Of a stretch of 16,386 nucleotides of DNA, positions 1 to 9,165 are shown piece by piece (position 1 is the stretch's first letter; each line of letters starts with the position of its first letter). The position numbers and the translations under genes are program-made. This DNA is from a virus (lineage: Duplodnaviria; Heunggongvirae; Uroviricota; Caudoviricetes), in the IMG/VR virus record IMGVR_UViG_2923323785_000006, positions 1 to 16,386 of that record. The stretch is one strand, 5' to 3'. A model generated the notes under the pieces. That model did not search any database and was not told the DNA's origin. It worked only from the letters and a program-made list of their open reading frames with translations.

Positions 1-88
1 TTATCTTCTGGTATTTAGCTATCCCTCATAAGTTAATTGCCGCTGAGATATCCTAAGCTCTAGCCTCTGAAAATACATTTATATTTCG

Positions 89-114
89 AAGCCCGCGATA
101 TTTTAAGCGGGCTT
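89..114 (+). terminator. Hairpin (aagcccgc / gcgggctt, 10-nt loop) followed by TTATTTTA; intrinsic terminator candidate downstream of tfa
   Basis: Seen in sequence: 8-bp GC-rich inverted repeat at 89-96 / 107-114, T-rich tract 115-122 on + strand. On the minus (tfa) strand the flank is A-rich, so function there is less certain. Confidence 0.45.
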
Positions 115-119
115 TTATT

Positions 120-701
120 TTAAACTTCAGGTATTACAGGCCACTCAATATCAGGTGCAGTTGATGTATCAACACGGTTCAGCAACACCCGATACTTTTT
201 CCAGGCTTCCAGCAATGAGGTTTCTTCCTCCGTTGCGATTTCCAGATCTACAGCATCCTGAAGTGGCGCAATATGCTCACTGGCTACCTGCATCAGGCTG
301 TTTTTTGTTTCTTCCGCCTCCCGGATCCGGAACAGTTTTTCTGCTTCTGCATCTTTCACCCAGGCTGTGCCGTTCCACTTCTGAAACTCCCCTTCCGGCG
401 ATAACCAGGTAACATTTTCCGGTAATGATCCGAGTTCAGAAATAAATAACGCGTCGCCGGAAGCCACGTCATAAACCGTTTTACCCCGATGATCTTCAAC
501 GAGATGCCACGATGACTCATCACTGTTGAAAACAGCCACGAAGCCAGCCGGAATATCTGGCGGTGCAATATAGGTACTGTTTGCTGGCAGACCTGTATGA
601 GGCGGAATATATGCGTCACCTTCACCAATAAATTCATTAGTTCCGGCCAGCAGATTATAAATTTTTATGGTCCGTGGTTGTTCACTCATTCTGAATGCCA
701 T
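120..701 (-). CDS. tfa: Tail fibre assembly protein (lambda Tfa-like, 193 aa)
   Basis: Translation [24 protein letters not shown]... is near-identical over its length to lambda Tfa as I recall it. ATG at 701..699 overlaps the stf stop (TAATG). Confidence 0.92.
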   Translation of the reverse strand: MAFRMSEQPRTIKIYNLLAGTNEFIGEGDAYIPPHTGLPANSTYIAPPDIPAGFVAVFNSDESSWHLVEDHRGKTVYDVASGDALFISELGSLPENVTWLSPEGEFQKWNGTAWVKDAEAEKLFRIREAEETKNSLMQVASEHIAPLQDAVDLEIATEEETSLLEAWKKYRVLLNRVDTSTAPDIEWPVIPEV

Positions 702-2713
702 TATGCAAGCCTCACAATGTAGTTAAATGCGATGTTTTTGACGGTGTTTTCCGCGTTACCAGCAGCGTTAACGGTGATGGTGTGTCCATGTGAGCCAATC
801 GCAACAGAGTGCGTATGAGCACCAATACCGACAGTATGTGCGTGAGCACCTGCAGATGCGGCTGTGCCGCTGACACTATGAGTGTGCGCTCCTGCAGCAC
901 TTGTATTCACACTGGCCGTAGACACTACCTTATGTACTGACCCATTTTGTGACCACTGGCTGACTGCTGATGCGCCTGTGACACTATGAGTATGGTTTCC
1001 GGCACTTGCGGCTGTACCGCTCACACTGTGCGTATGCGCCCCGGTGTTATTCGTGGATTTAGTGCCGTAATCAAACGACGATGTGGTTTTCGTCCCCAAA
1101 TCCGTACTGGATGCGCTGGCGCTGTGGGTGTGCGATTTAATGCCGTCCTGTTCCTGAGACAATACGGCACGACCACTGGCAGGTTTGCCCTTAATCGTCC
1201 AGCCACGCATATCAGGGATCACGCCTGACGGATAAGCGGCTGCAAGTTTCGGGTATGCAGATTTGTCAAAAGTCTGCCCCTGCATCAGGGCATAACCAGA
1301 CGGAACGGTATCTGATGGCCACGGGATTGGTGCACCGACTGGGTAGCTTTCTGGTGGAAGATTTTTCGAGGTATAAACTTCTGCCCAGTCTTCCTCAAAA
1401 CCATAGCCATCTCTTGAGGAACGGTAGAACAGACCTCCATTTCTGTAATGTGCCTTCATCTGCAAGGTCCGGCAACTTCCGACTCCGGTATAGAAGTTAA
1501 CCAGAATATAGCTGTCGCCAGAGCGGGTGACATTGTAAGCGCCTGATTCGGCATTCCATGGAACGCCCCCATCCGCATCGGCATACGTATCCGTTGCCCT
1601 TCTGGCAAAAGCAGCCACATGCGCGGCGGTTAAAGTAATATCTTTGGAACCATCAAACTCAACACCAGAAACCAGTCTTGGCGTTTGCAGCTTTGTTGCT
1701 GTTAATGCATTACCGTTCAGACTTGCGGACAGTTTGGTTCCAATAACCAGTTCGCCGGTTGCGTTATCAATAGCAAACGGTCTTAATGTATTCCAGCCAC
1801 CATAAACATCACCTTGATTGGTAAGCAGCAGGTAAGTTTTAGCGCCATCATTACGCCATAATGCACCATACTCCCCACCTATCATTCGAATCTGATTACC
1901 ACCACGCGCTACAATTTCGTCTGTGGCAAAAAGTTTTTTGCACGACAAGTTATCGTTAACGATTAACGAATGAGACTCATAAAAACCACGCCCACTCTTA
2001 AAATCAAGGATAACGTCCGCCGCGATACATTCAGTCGCTGGATTTGTTGCCCCAAACTTATAGGTCGTATCATTAACAACGAGATCAGCACCAGGTGCGG
2101 ATATTGACAGGCCATCTTCGATAAACGCAAAAACAGGGAAAGCAGCGCCATCAACATAGAACACAGAGCGCAAATCATCGCCCTTATTACTCATCATTAT
2201 TGAGTGGATGGCTCGTTCATTGTTTTGATATTGCCAGAACATTCCATAAGCATAACGCCCCCTGTCAGTCCAGCCACCAGGCATAACAAATCCGTTAAAC
2301 TCGCAGTTATTCATCGGATCGCCTGCGGTTCGCGTTGCCGTGGTGATAATGACCCTTGATGCCAGTTCGCTTACTGAGCCAGCAGAACGCATAACAACAA
2401 CAGGGTAATATTTTCCAGATGTTGCACCTGCAGGAGCGTTAACCCGCACATAACGCATACCACGCTTATCAGCAAAGTCTGTTTTACTGACCGCGTTAAT
2501 GTTGTTCAGGAAGCGTCCCTTATCGGGTATATCAGCGCCGTTCTGGTCTTTCTGCAGACGTTTCTCAGCATTGTCATTGGCTGCTTTTACTGCCTTTGGC
2601 GTTGCCGCCAGCGTTTCAGACGTGCTGTTGGTCGCACTGCTGAGCTGTACTATCCCCTTTTTCGTCGTGCTCGCATCCTCAAGCGCCACGGCGGATGCAA
2701 TACCGGCGCGACG
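701..2713 (-). pseudogene. stf: 5'-truncated side tail fibre gene (C-terminal ~660 codons of a lambda Stf-like protein; ORF track begins at a GTG at 2689)
   Basis: Translation ...[34 protein letters not shown]... through the His-rich [15 protein letters not shown] repeats and C-terminal ...[29 protein letters not shown] matches the lambda Stf C-terminal part. Homology stops near 2700-2713 where the frame runs into a stop, so the N-terminal ~450 codons are missing. Confidence 0.88.
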
Positions 2714-2772
2714 ATGATGCGGGCCTGTGGAGTTCTGCCGATCTGACTTATGTCATTACCTATGAAATGTGA
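2701..2772 (+). pseudogene. 3' remnant of minor tail protein U gene (last ~23 codons)
   Basis: In-frame translation [23 protein letters not shown] matches the lambda gpU C-terminus as recalled; no upstream continuation. Confidence 0.6.
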
Positions 2773-2778
2773 GGACGA

Positions 2779-3238
2779 TATGCCTGTACCAAATCCAGCA
2801 ATACCGGTGAAAGGTGCCGGAACCACCCTGTGGGTTTATAACGGGAGCGGCGACTCTTATGCGAACCCGCTTTCAGACGTTGACTGGTCGCGTCTGGCTA
2901 AAGTTAAAGACCTGACGCCCGGCGAACTGACCGCTGAGTCCTATGACGACAGTTATCTCGATGATGAAGATGCGGACTGGACCGCGACCGGGCAGGGGCA
3001 GAAATCCGCCGGAGATACCAGCTTCACGCTGGCGTGGATGCCCGGAGAGCAGGGGCAGCAGGCGCTGCTGGCGTGGTTTAATGAAGGTGATACCCGTGCC
3101 TATAAAATCCGCTTCCCACCACAAGCACGCTGCCGCCACCTTTCAGGGCTGAACGCTGCCCCTTTTTACGACGCCTGCGTCGGGACAGGACAATCCGCGC
3201 GTTACCCAGCTTTATTACGGGCAAATCCCCCCGGTTAA
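2779..3238 (+). pseudogene. Major tail protein V, N-terminal fragment (~113 aa of V fused to 40 unrelated codons)
   Basis: [50 protein letters not shown]...AYKIRFP matches the lambda gpV N-terminus; identity ends near nt 3118, after which the ORF continues in unrelated sequence to a stop at 3238. GAGGA Shine-Dalgarno precedes the ATG at 2779. Confidence 0.85.
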
Positions 3239-3295
3239 CCTTGATTCTGGCCTGCGGATTTTTGACCGTGGCCCTTTTCAGCCTGGCCCTTTCCT

Positions 3296-3880
3296 TTACC
3301 AGTTTCCGGCGTACCTTTGTCTCACGGGCAACCTGTGACGCCGACTGCGATATCGCGGATGAAGCAACGCGGTTATCAGTTCATCCAGCGCGGCTGCTTT
3401 GTTCATGGCTTTGATGATATCCCGTTTCAGGAAATCAACATGTCGGTTTTCCAGTTCCGGAAAACGCCGCTGCACCGACAGGGGGATCCCGTCGAGAATA
3501 CTGGCAATTTCACCTGCGATCCGCGACAGCACGAAAGTACAGAATGCGGTTTCCACCACTTCAGCGGAGTCTCTGGCATTTTTCAGCTCCTGTGCGTCGG
3601 CCTGCGCACGCGTAAGTCGATGGCGTTCGTACTCAATAGTCCCTGGCTGGAGATCTGTCTCGCTGGCCTGCCGCAGTTCTTCAACTTCCCGGCGCAGCTT
3701 TTCGTTCTCAATTTCAGCATCCCTTTCGGCATACCATCTTATAACGGCGGCAGAGTCATAAAGCACCTCATTACCCTTGCCACCGCCTCGCAGAACGGGC
3801 ATTCCCTGTTCCTGCCAGTTCTGAATGGTACGGATACTCGCACCGAAAATGTCAGCCAGCTGCTTTTTGTTGACTTCCAT
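3296..3880 (-). CDS. nohD: Terminase small subunit Nu1 homologue with replaced C-terminus (194 aa)
   Basis: MEVNKKQLADIFGASIRTIQNWQEQGMPVLRGGGKGNEVLYDSAAV... is near-identical to lambda Nu1 up to ...AAALDELI (about residue 171), then diverges (ITALLHPRYRSRRHRLPVRQRYAGNW). No gpA large terminase gene follows. Confidence 0.9.
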   Translation of the reverse strand: MEVNKKQLADIFGASIRTIQNWQEQGMPVLRGGGKGNEVLYDSAAVIRWYAERDAEIENEKLRREVEELRQASETDLQPGTIEYERHRLTRAQADAQELKNARDSAEVVETAFCTFVLSRIAGEIASILDGIPLSVQRRFPELENRHVDFLKRDIIKAMNKAAALDELITALLHPRYRSRRHRLPVRQRYAGNW

Positions 3881-4057
3881 TGTTCATCCCACGGCCAAAA
3901 ACAGAGAAAGGAAACGACAGAGGCCCAAAAGCTCGTTTTCAGCACCTGTCGTTTCCTTTCTTTTCAGGGGGTATTTTAAATAAAAACATTAAGTTACGAC
4001 GAAGAAGAACGGAAATACCTTAAACCGGAAAATTTTCATAAATAGCGAAAACCCGCG
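3881..4057 (-). promoter_or_regulatory. cosB region (Nu1-binding R sites and IHF site between cosN and the Nu1 start)
   Basis: Reverse complement reproduces the lambda left-end leader. R-site-like repeats seen at about 3906-3921, 3946-3961 and 3999-4014 (cgtttcc(t/g)ttct motifs and their complements). Confidence 0.75.
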
Positions 4058-4069
4058 AGGTCGCCGCCC
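4058..4069 (-). promoter_or_regulatory. cosN cohesive-end sequence (GGGCGGCGACCT on minus strand)
   Basis: Plus strand aggtcgccgccc is the exact reverse complement of the 12-nt lambda cohesive end, flanked by lambda-like left-end and right-end sequence. Confidence 0.85.
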
Positions 4070-4268
4070 CGTAACCTGTCGGATCGCCGGAAAGGACCCA
4101 CAAAATGATAATAATTATCATCTACATGTCACAACGTGCATCTACGCCATCAAACCACGTCAAATAATCAATTATGACGCAGGTATCGTATTAATTGATC
4201 TGCATCAACTTAACGTAAAAACAACTTCAGACAATACAAATCAGCGACACTGAATACGGGGCAACCTC

Positions 4269-4463
4269 ATGTCAACTAAGAACAGAACCCGCAGAACAAC
4301 AACCCGCAACATCCGCTTTCCTAACCAAATGATTGAACAAATTAACATCGCTCTTGAGCAAAAAGGGTCCGGGAATTTCTCAGCCTGGGTCATTGAAGCC
4401 TGCCGTCGGAGGCTAACGTCAGAAAAGAGAGCATATACATCAATTAAAAGTGATGAAGAATGA
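4269..4463 (+). CDS. ylcI: Small basic protein (64 aa), lambda right-end / DLP12 ylcI-like; possible ribbon-helix-helix fold
   Basis: ATG at 4269, MSTKNRTRRTTTRNIRFPNQMIEQINIALEQKGSGNFSAWVIEACRRRL...; position between cos and ybcW matches the DLP12 order as I recall it. Symbol assigned by position and length, not verified. Confidence 0.6.
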   Translation: MSTKNRTRRTTTRNIRFPNQMIEQINIALEQKGSGNFSAWVIEACRRRLTSEKRAYTSIKSDEE

Positions 4464-4627
4464 ACATCCCGCGTTCTTCCCTCCGAACAGGACGATATTG
4501 TAAATTCACTTAATTACGAGGGCATTGCAGTAATTGAGTTGCAGTTTTACCACTTTCCTGACAGTGACAGACTGCGTGTTGGCTCTGTCACAGGTTAAGT
4601 AGTTTGAATGATTAGCAGTTATGGTGA

Positions 4628-4834
4628 TCAGTCAACCACCAGGGAATAATCCTTCATATTATTATCGTGCTTCACCAACGCTGCCTCAATTGCCCTGAAT
4701 GCTTCCAGAGACACCTTATGTTCTATACATGCAATTACAACATCAGGGTAACTCATAGAAATGGTGCTATTAAGCATATTTTTTACACGAATCAGATCCA
4801 CGGAGGGATCATCAGCAGATTGTTCTTTATTCAT
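4628..4834 (-). CDS. ybcW: Small prophage protein YbcW-like (68 aa)
   Basis: ATG at 4834 with GGAG 9 nt upstream; translation [40 protein letters not shown]... matches my recollection of DLP12 YbcW. Confidence 0.7.
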
Positions 4835-5119
4835 TTTGTCGCTCCATGCGCTTGCTCTTCATCTAGCGGTTAAAATATTACTTCAAATCTTTCTGTATGA
4901 AGGTTTGAGCACGTTGGCCTTACATACATCTGTCGGTTGTATTTCCCTCCAGAATGCCAGCAGGACCGCACTTTGTTACGCAACCAATACTATTAATTGA
5001 AAACATTCCTAATATTTGACATAAATCATCAACAAAACACAAAGAGGTCAGACCAGATTGAAGCGATAAAAACGATAATGCAAACTACGCGCCCTCGTAT
5101 CACATGGAAGGTTTTACCA

Positions 5120-5530
5120 ATGGCTCAGGTTGCCATTTTTAAAGAAATATTCGATCAAGTGCGAAAAGATTTAAACTGTGAATTGTTTTATTCTGAACTA
5201 AAACGTCACAATGTCTCACATTATATTTACTATCTAGCCACAGATAATATTCACATTGTGTTAGAAAACGATAACACCGTGTTAATAAAAGGACTTAAAA
5301 AGGTTGTAAATGTTAAATTCTCAAGAAATACGCATCTTATAGAAACGTCCTATGATAGGTTGAAATCAAGAGAAATCACATTTCAGCAATACAGGGAAAA
5401 TCTTGCTAAAGCAGGAGTTTTCCGATGGATTACAAATATCCACGAACATAAAAGATATTACTATACCTTTGATAATTCATTACTATTTACTGAGAGCATT
5501 CAGAACACTACACAAATCTTTCCACGCTAA
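5120..5530 (+). CDS. ybcV: DUF1398-family protein YbcV-like (136 aa)
   Basis: ORF track starts at a TTG (4997); the internal ATG at 5120 has a GGAAGG Shine-Dalgarno 8 nt upstream and gives 136 aa ([43 protein letters not shown]...), the length I recall for YbcV. Confidence 0.75.
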   Translation: MAQVAIFKEIFDQVRKDLNCELFYSELKRHNVSHYIYYLATDNIHIVLENDNTVLIKGLKKVVNVKFSRNTHLIETSYDRLKSREITFQQYRENLAKAGVFRWITNIHEHKRYYYTFDNSLLFTESIQNTTQIFPR

Positions 5531-5820
5531 ATCATAACGTCCGGTTTCTTCCGTGTCAGCACCGGGGTGTTGGCATAATACAATGCATGTACGCGCTAAA
5601 CCCTGTGTGCATCGTTTTTAATTATTCCCGGACACTCCCGCAGAGAAGTTCCCCGTCAGGGCTGTGGACATAGTTAATCCGGGAATACAATGACGATTCA
5701 TCGCACCTGGCATACATTAATAAATATTAACAATATGAAATTTCAACTCATTGTTTAGGGTTTGTTTAATTTTCTACACATACGATTCTGCGAACTTCAA
5801 AAAGCATCGGGAATAACACC

Positions 5821-6114
5821 ATGAAAAAAATGCTACTCGCTACTGCGCTGGCCCTGCTTATTACAGGATGTGCTCAACAGACATTTACTGTTCAAAACAA
5901 ACAGACAGCAGTAGCACCAAAGGAAACCATCACCCATCATTTCTTCGTTTCTGGAATTGGGCAGAAGAAAACTGTCGATGCAGCTAAAATTTGTGGCGGC
6001 GCAGAAAATGTTGTTAAAACAGAAACCCAGCAAACATTCGTAAATGGATTGCTCGGTTTTATTACTTTAGGCATTTATACTCCGCTGGAAGCGCGTGTGT
6101 ATTGCTCAAAATAA
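5821..6114 (+). CDS. borD: Bor outer-membrane lipoprotein (serum-resistance protein, 97 aa)
   Basis: MKKMLLATALALLITGCAQQ... has a lipoprotein signal peptide with lipobox LITGC; near-identical to lambda Bor; opposite strand to the lysis genes as in lambda. Confidence 0.93.
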   Translation: MKKMLLATALALLITGCAQQTFTVQNKQTAVAPKETITHHFFVSGIGQKKTVDAAKICGGAENVVKTETQQTFVNGLLGFITLGIYTPLEARVYCSK

Positions 6115-6145
6115 TTGCATGAGTTGCCCATCGATATGGTCAGCT

Positions 6146-6607
6146 CTATCTGCACTGCTCATTAATATACTTCTGGGTTCCTTCCAGTTGTTTTTGCATA
6201 GTGATCAGCCTCTCTCTGAGGGTGAAATAATCCCGTTCAGCGGTGTCTGCCAGTCGGGGGGAGGCTGCATTATCCACGCCGGAGGCCGTGGTGGCTTCAC
6301 GCACTGACTGACAGACTGCTTTGATGTGCAACCGACGACGACCAGCGGCAACATCATCACGCAGAGCATCATTTTCAGCTTTCGCATCAGCTAACTCCTT
6401 CGTGTATTTTGCATCGAGCGCAGCAACATCACGCTGACGCATCTGCATGTCAGTAATTGCCGCGTTCGCTAGCTTCAGTTCTCTGGCATTTTTGTCGCGC
6501 TGGACTTTGTAGGCGATTGCGTTATCACGGTAATGATTGACCGCCCATGACAGGCTGACGATGATGCAGATAATCAGAGCGGATATAATCGCGGTTACTC
6601 TGCTCAC
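6146..6607 (-). CDS. rzpD: Rz i-spanin (153 aa, GTG start)
   Basis: (M)[59 protein letters not shown]... is near-identical to lambda Rz. GTG at 6607..6605 overlaps the R stop (GTGA); GGGGG Shine-Dalgarno 7 nt upstream. Confidence 0.9.
6205..6387 (-). CDS. rzoD: Rz1 o-spanin lipoprotein embedded in the +1 frame of Rz (60 aa)
   Basis: [60 protein letters not shown]: lipobox VVGC and proline-rich region, matches lambda Rz1 as recalled; lies entirely inside Rz. Confidence 0.88.
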   Translation of the reverse strand: MRKLKMMLCVMMLPLVVVGCTSKQSVSQCVKPPRPPAWIMQPPPDWQTPLNGIISPSERG

Positions 6608-7101
6608 TGTTGCCCCCACAAACAGACTTCACGCTCAATCTCACGACGAGTCATCAGGCCTTTCCATTGCTTACCGCCAGCGTATGTCCAGCGACGCAGC
6701 TGATCACATGCGCCTTTGATATCGCCCTGGTTTATTTTGCGAAGAAGCGTCGATGTTCTAAAATTGCCAGCACCCACGTTGTAAACGAATGAGTAAAGAG
6801 CGCCGCGCGTTGTTTCCGGTATATCGACTTTGATATACGGGTTAATTTGTCTGGCGACAGTGGCAAGGTCTTTATTCAAGAGTGCTTTGCATTCTGCTTT
6901 GGTATACGTTTTACCGAGCATGATGTCTTTTCCGGTGTGTCCGTGACATACAGTCCATACACCAACAATATCTTTGTATGGTATGTAGCTGACACCTTCC
7001 AGACCATCGTTACCACTTGGGCCAGTGATTAACACTGATGCTATAGCAATTGCTCCGCCACCAATAGCAGCAGCAACGGCTTTTCGTAATGATGGAGGCA
7101 T
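6604..7101 (-). CDS. rrrD: SAR endolysin (P21 R-type lysozyme, 165 aa)
   Basis: N-terminal signal-anchor-release segment ([20 protein letters not shown]) followed by a T4-lysozyme-like catalytic region; ATG at 7101 overlaps the holin stop (TAATG). Confidence 0.9.
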
Positions 7102-7316
7102 TATTCACCTCTCGCGGCCTTGCGCTTATCTTCTTTAATCTTGAAATAAAGGTTTGTCAGGTACGTCAGCAGGCCAAATACCAGGCTACCCAGCACACCT
7201 ATTGCTGCCCACTGTGAGGGAGTGACTTTATCGAGCAGCTGTAAAAACCAGTAACCGGCACTACCTGCTGAGGTGCCATAGGCGACTCCAGTTGTTAACT
7301 TATCCATGAATTTCAT
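7101..7316 (-). CDS. essD: Pinholin (S21-type, 71 aa, dual-start motif MKFM)
   Basis: [71 protein letters not shown]: two transmembrane segments, Lys before the second Met (holin/antiholin dual start); GAGGTGGGG Shine-Dalgarno upstream of 7316. The ORF-track extension to 7361 is rejected. Confidence 0.88.
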
Positions 7317-7361
7317 AACCCCACCTCGCAGACAAAGCGGGTGTAAATTGAGGGAATACAA

Positions 7362-7904
7362 CGTATCGCAAAAAAGCAGAAACGTAACTGACTCCGAGTC
7401 AGTGAATAACTCAGGTATTGAGTTATCAGCTAATATCGAGACTCAAAAAATGGAAAAACCAGCGCGACGGCGGGTTTAAGCTGTGTGACGAAGTAACCAC
7501 TCTTAACAGCATAACCAATTTTTTACGTACGTAAACCACTGAATGATATTTATGAGAATGCTACCGAGTGTTCAAAACATCACCACAAATACATAAGAAA
7601 ACTTCAACAAATAACCAATAAATAATTTCCAGTGTTATTTTTAGCTGGTTTAAATTAAACAGACGAATTATAGAACCACCATAAATAACAGCCATTAATA
7701 TAAATTAGCTAATAGATTTATTTTTGTTCAAATAAGAGCCATAAATAGGTTTCGATAGAAAAAGTTCAGATAAAAATAGAGATCTACTTCACAAATTAAA
7801 TGAGAAACTAAAACTTACATCTTGAAATAATCACATTGATTAGATGAATATTTATCGCGCAGTGACATCATTTTTTAATAATAGTTCAAAAAAAAGGGCT
7901 CACG
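7362..7904 (+). promoter_or_regulatory. AT-rich ~540-bp non-coding region upstream of nmpC (porin promoter / regulatory region, possible H-NS target)
   Basis: Seen in sequence: long A/T runs (7560-7900) and no credible ORF; lies between the divergent holin and porin starts. Confidence 0.4.
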
Positions 7905-9002
7905 ATGAAAAAATTAACAGTGGCAATTTCTGCTGTAGCTGCATCAGTACTGATGGCGATGTCTGCTCAGGCAGCTGAAATTTATAATAAAGACAGTAAC
8001 AAGCTGGATCTGTACGGGAAAGTTAATGCCAAGCACTACTTTTCCTCTAACGATGCAGATGATGGTGATACTACTTATGTTCGTCTGGGCTTCAAAGGCG
8101 AAACCCAAATCAACGATCAGCTGACTGGTTTCGGTCAGTGGGAATATGAATTCAAAGGCAACCGCGCTGAATCTCAAGGTTCCTCCAAAGACAAAACCCG
8201 TCTTGCATTTGCAGGCCTGAAATTCGGTGACTACGGCTCAATCGATTACGGCCGTAACTACGGTGTAGCATACGACATCGGTGCGTGGACTGACGTTCTG
8301 CCAGAATTCGGTGGCGATACCTGGACCCAAACAGATGTGTTCATGACTGGTCGCACCACTGGTGTTGCAACCTATCGTAACAACGACTTCTTTGGTCTGG
8401 TTGATGGTCTGAACTTTGCTGCTCAGTACCAAGGCAAAAACGATCGTAGCGATTTCGATAACTACACCGAAGGTAACGGTGATGGCTTCGGTTTCTCTGC
8501 TACCTATGAATACGAAGGATTCGGTATCGGTGCAACTTATGCGAAATCTGATCGTACCGACACTCAAGTTAATGCAGGGAAAGTTCTTCCTGAAGTATTT
8601 GCTTCCGGTAAAAATGCAGAAGTTTGGGCCGCAGGTCTGAAATATGACGCTAACAACATTTACCTGGCCACTACCTATTCTGAAACCCAGAATATGACTG
8701 TATTTGCTGATCACTTCGTTGCTAATAAAGCTCAAAACTTCGAAGCTGTTGCACAATATCAGTTCGATTTCGGTCTGCGTCCGTCCGTTGCTTACCTGCA
8801 ATCTAAAGGTAAGGATCTTGGAGTATGGGGCGATCAGGACTTAGTCAAATATGTTGATGTAGGTGCAACCTATTACTTCAACAAAAATATGTCTACTTTC
8901 GTTGATTACAAAATCAACCTGCTTGACAAAAATGACTTCACTAAAGCACTCGGTGTAAGCACTGATGACATCGTTGCTGTAGGTCTGGTTTACCAGTTCT
9001 AA
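7905..9002 (+). CDS. nmpC: General outer-membrane porin NmpC (OmpC/OmpF/PhoE family), intact, 365 aa
   Basis: Signal peptide [23 protein letters not shown], then [17 protein letters not shown]... and C-terminal ...VAVGLVYQF (terminal Phe, beta-barrel signature); classic enterobacterial porin motifs throughout. Confidence 0.93.
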   Translation: MKKLTVAISAVAASVLMAMSAQAAEIYNKDSNKLDLYGKVNAKHYFSSNDADDGDTTYVRLGFKGETQINDQLTGFGQWEYEFKGNRAESQGSSKDKTRLAFAGLKFGDYGSIDYGRNYGVAYDIGAWTDVLPEFGGDTWTQTDVFMTGRTTGVATYRNNDFFGLVDGLNFAAQYQGKNDRSDFDNYTEGNGDGFGFSATYEYEGFGIGATYAKSDRTDTQVNAGKVLPEVFASGKNAEVWAAGLKYDANNIYLATTYSETQNMTVFADHFVANKAQNFEAVAQYQFDFGLRPSVAYLQSKGKDLGVWGDQDLVKYVDVGATYYFNKNMSTFVDYKINLLDKNDFTKALGVSTDDIVAVGLVYQF

Positions 9003-9018
9003 TCTGATTACGAAAAAG

Positions 9019-9053
9019 ATATGTTGCGGGAGGCGTTGCCTCCCCAACATATA
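9019..9053 (-). terminator. Long hairpin (about 15 bp with one bulge) followed on the minus strand by CTTTTTCG; candidate tR'-like terminator of the late leader
   Basis: Seen in sequence: atatgttgcgggaggc / gcctccccaacatat inverted repeat; U-tract on the minus strand only; sits about 140-170 nt downstream of the Q stop. Confidence 0.5.
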
Positions 9054-9140
9054 AGTGGCTCCCTCAAGCCACTTCCTTTAGGAGCACAACCTTGCTTCTA
9101 ACTATATAAACCTTCTGTTATATATTACCCTTTATTTTTG

Positions 9141-9165
9141 GGGGCGTTGCAACGCCCCATTTTTA
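9141..9165 (+). terminator. Intrinsic terminator (ggggcg-ttgcaa-cgcccc followed by ATTTTTA), probable nmpC terminator
   Basis: Seen in sequence: perfect 6-bp GC stem, 6-nt loop, T-tract on + strand. Confidence 0.65.

Noticed and set aside
155-2178. Several 60-93-aa ORFs inside tfa and stf (155-412, 356-637, 712-900, 986-1228, 1021-1206, 1255-1500, 1963-2178)
   Set aside because: They are embedded in or antisense to genes with near-complete homology to lambda Tfa/Stf; typical overprinting artefacts.
3317-3979. 220-aa ORF on the plus strand
   Set aside because: It lies antisense to the strongly supported Nu1 gene and across the cos leader, with no recognisable family and no ribosome-binding site; treated as a shadow ORF.
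4997-5119. N-terminal extensions proposed by the ORF track using GTG/TTG starts (also 7317-7361, 9576-9590, 11388-11420, 12608-12730, 13775-13801, 14912-14995, 6608-6619, 2750-2778)
   Set aside because: In each case an internal ATG or GTG with a good Shine-Dalgarno and/or a stop-start overlap with the upstream gene gives the length expected for the family; the extensions have no ribosome-binding site.
6117-6145. Possible terminator hairpin between the convergent bor and Rz genes (gagttgcccatcgatatggtcagctc)
   Set aside because: The inverted repeat is imperfect (two mismatches in an 11-bp stem) and lacks a clear U-tract; too weak to call.
8238-8801. 187-aa ORF on the minus strand, with other antisense ORFs inside nmpC (7944-8177, 8416-8640, 8841-9050)
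   Set aside because: All are embedded in or antisense to the well-supported porin gene, with low-complexity or atypical composition; treated as shadow ORFs.
7905-9002. IS5 or other insertion sequence within nmpC, as in E. coli K-12
   Set aside because: The reading frame is uninterrupted from signal peptide to terminal Phe and no transposase ORF or terminal inverted repeats are present; the gene is intact here.
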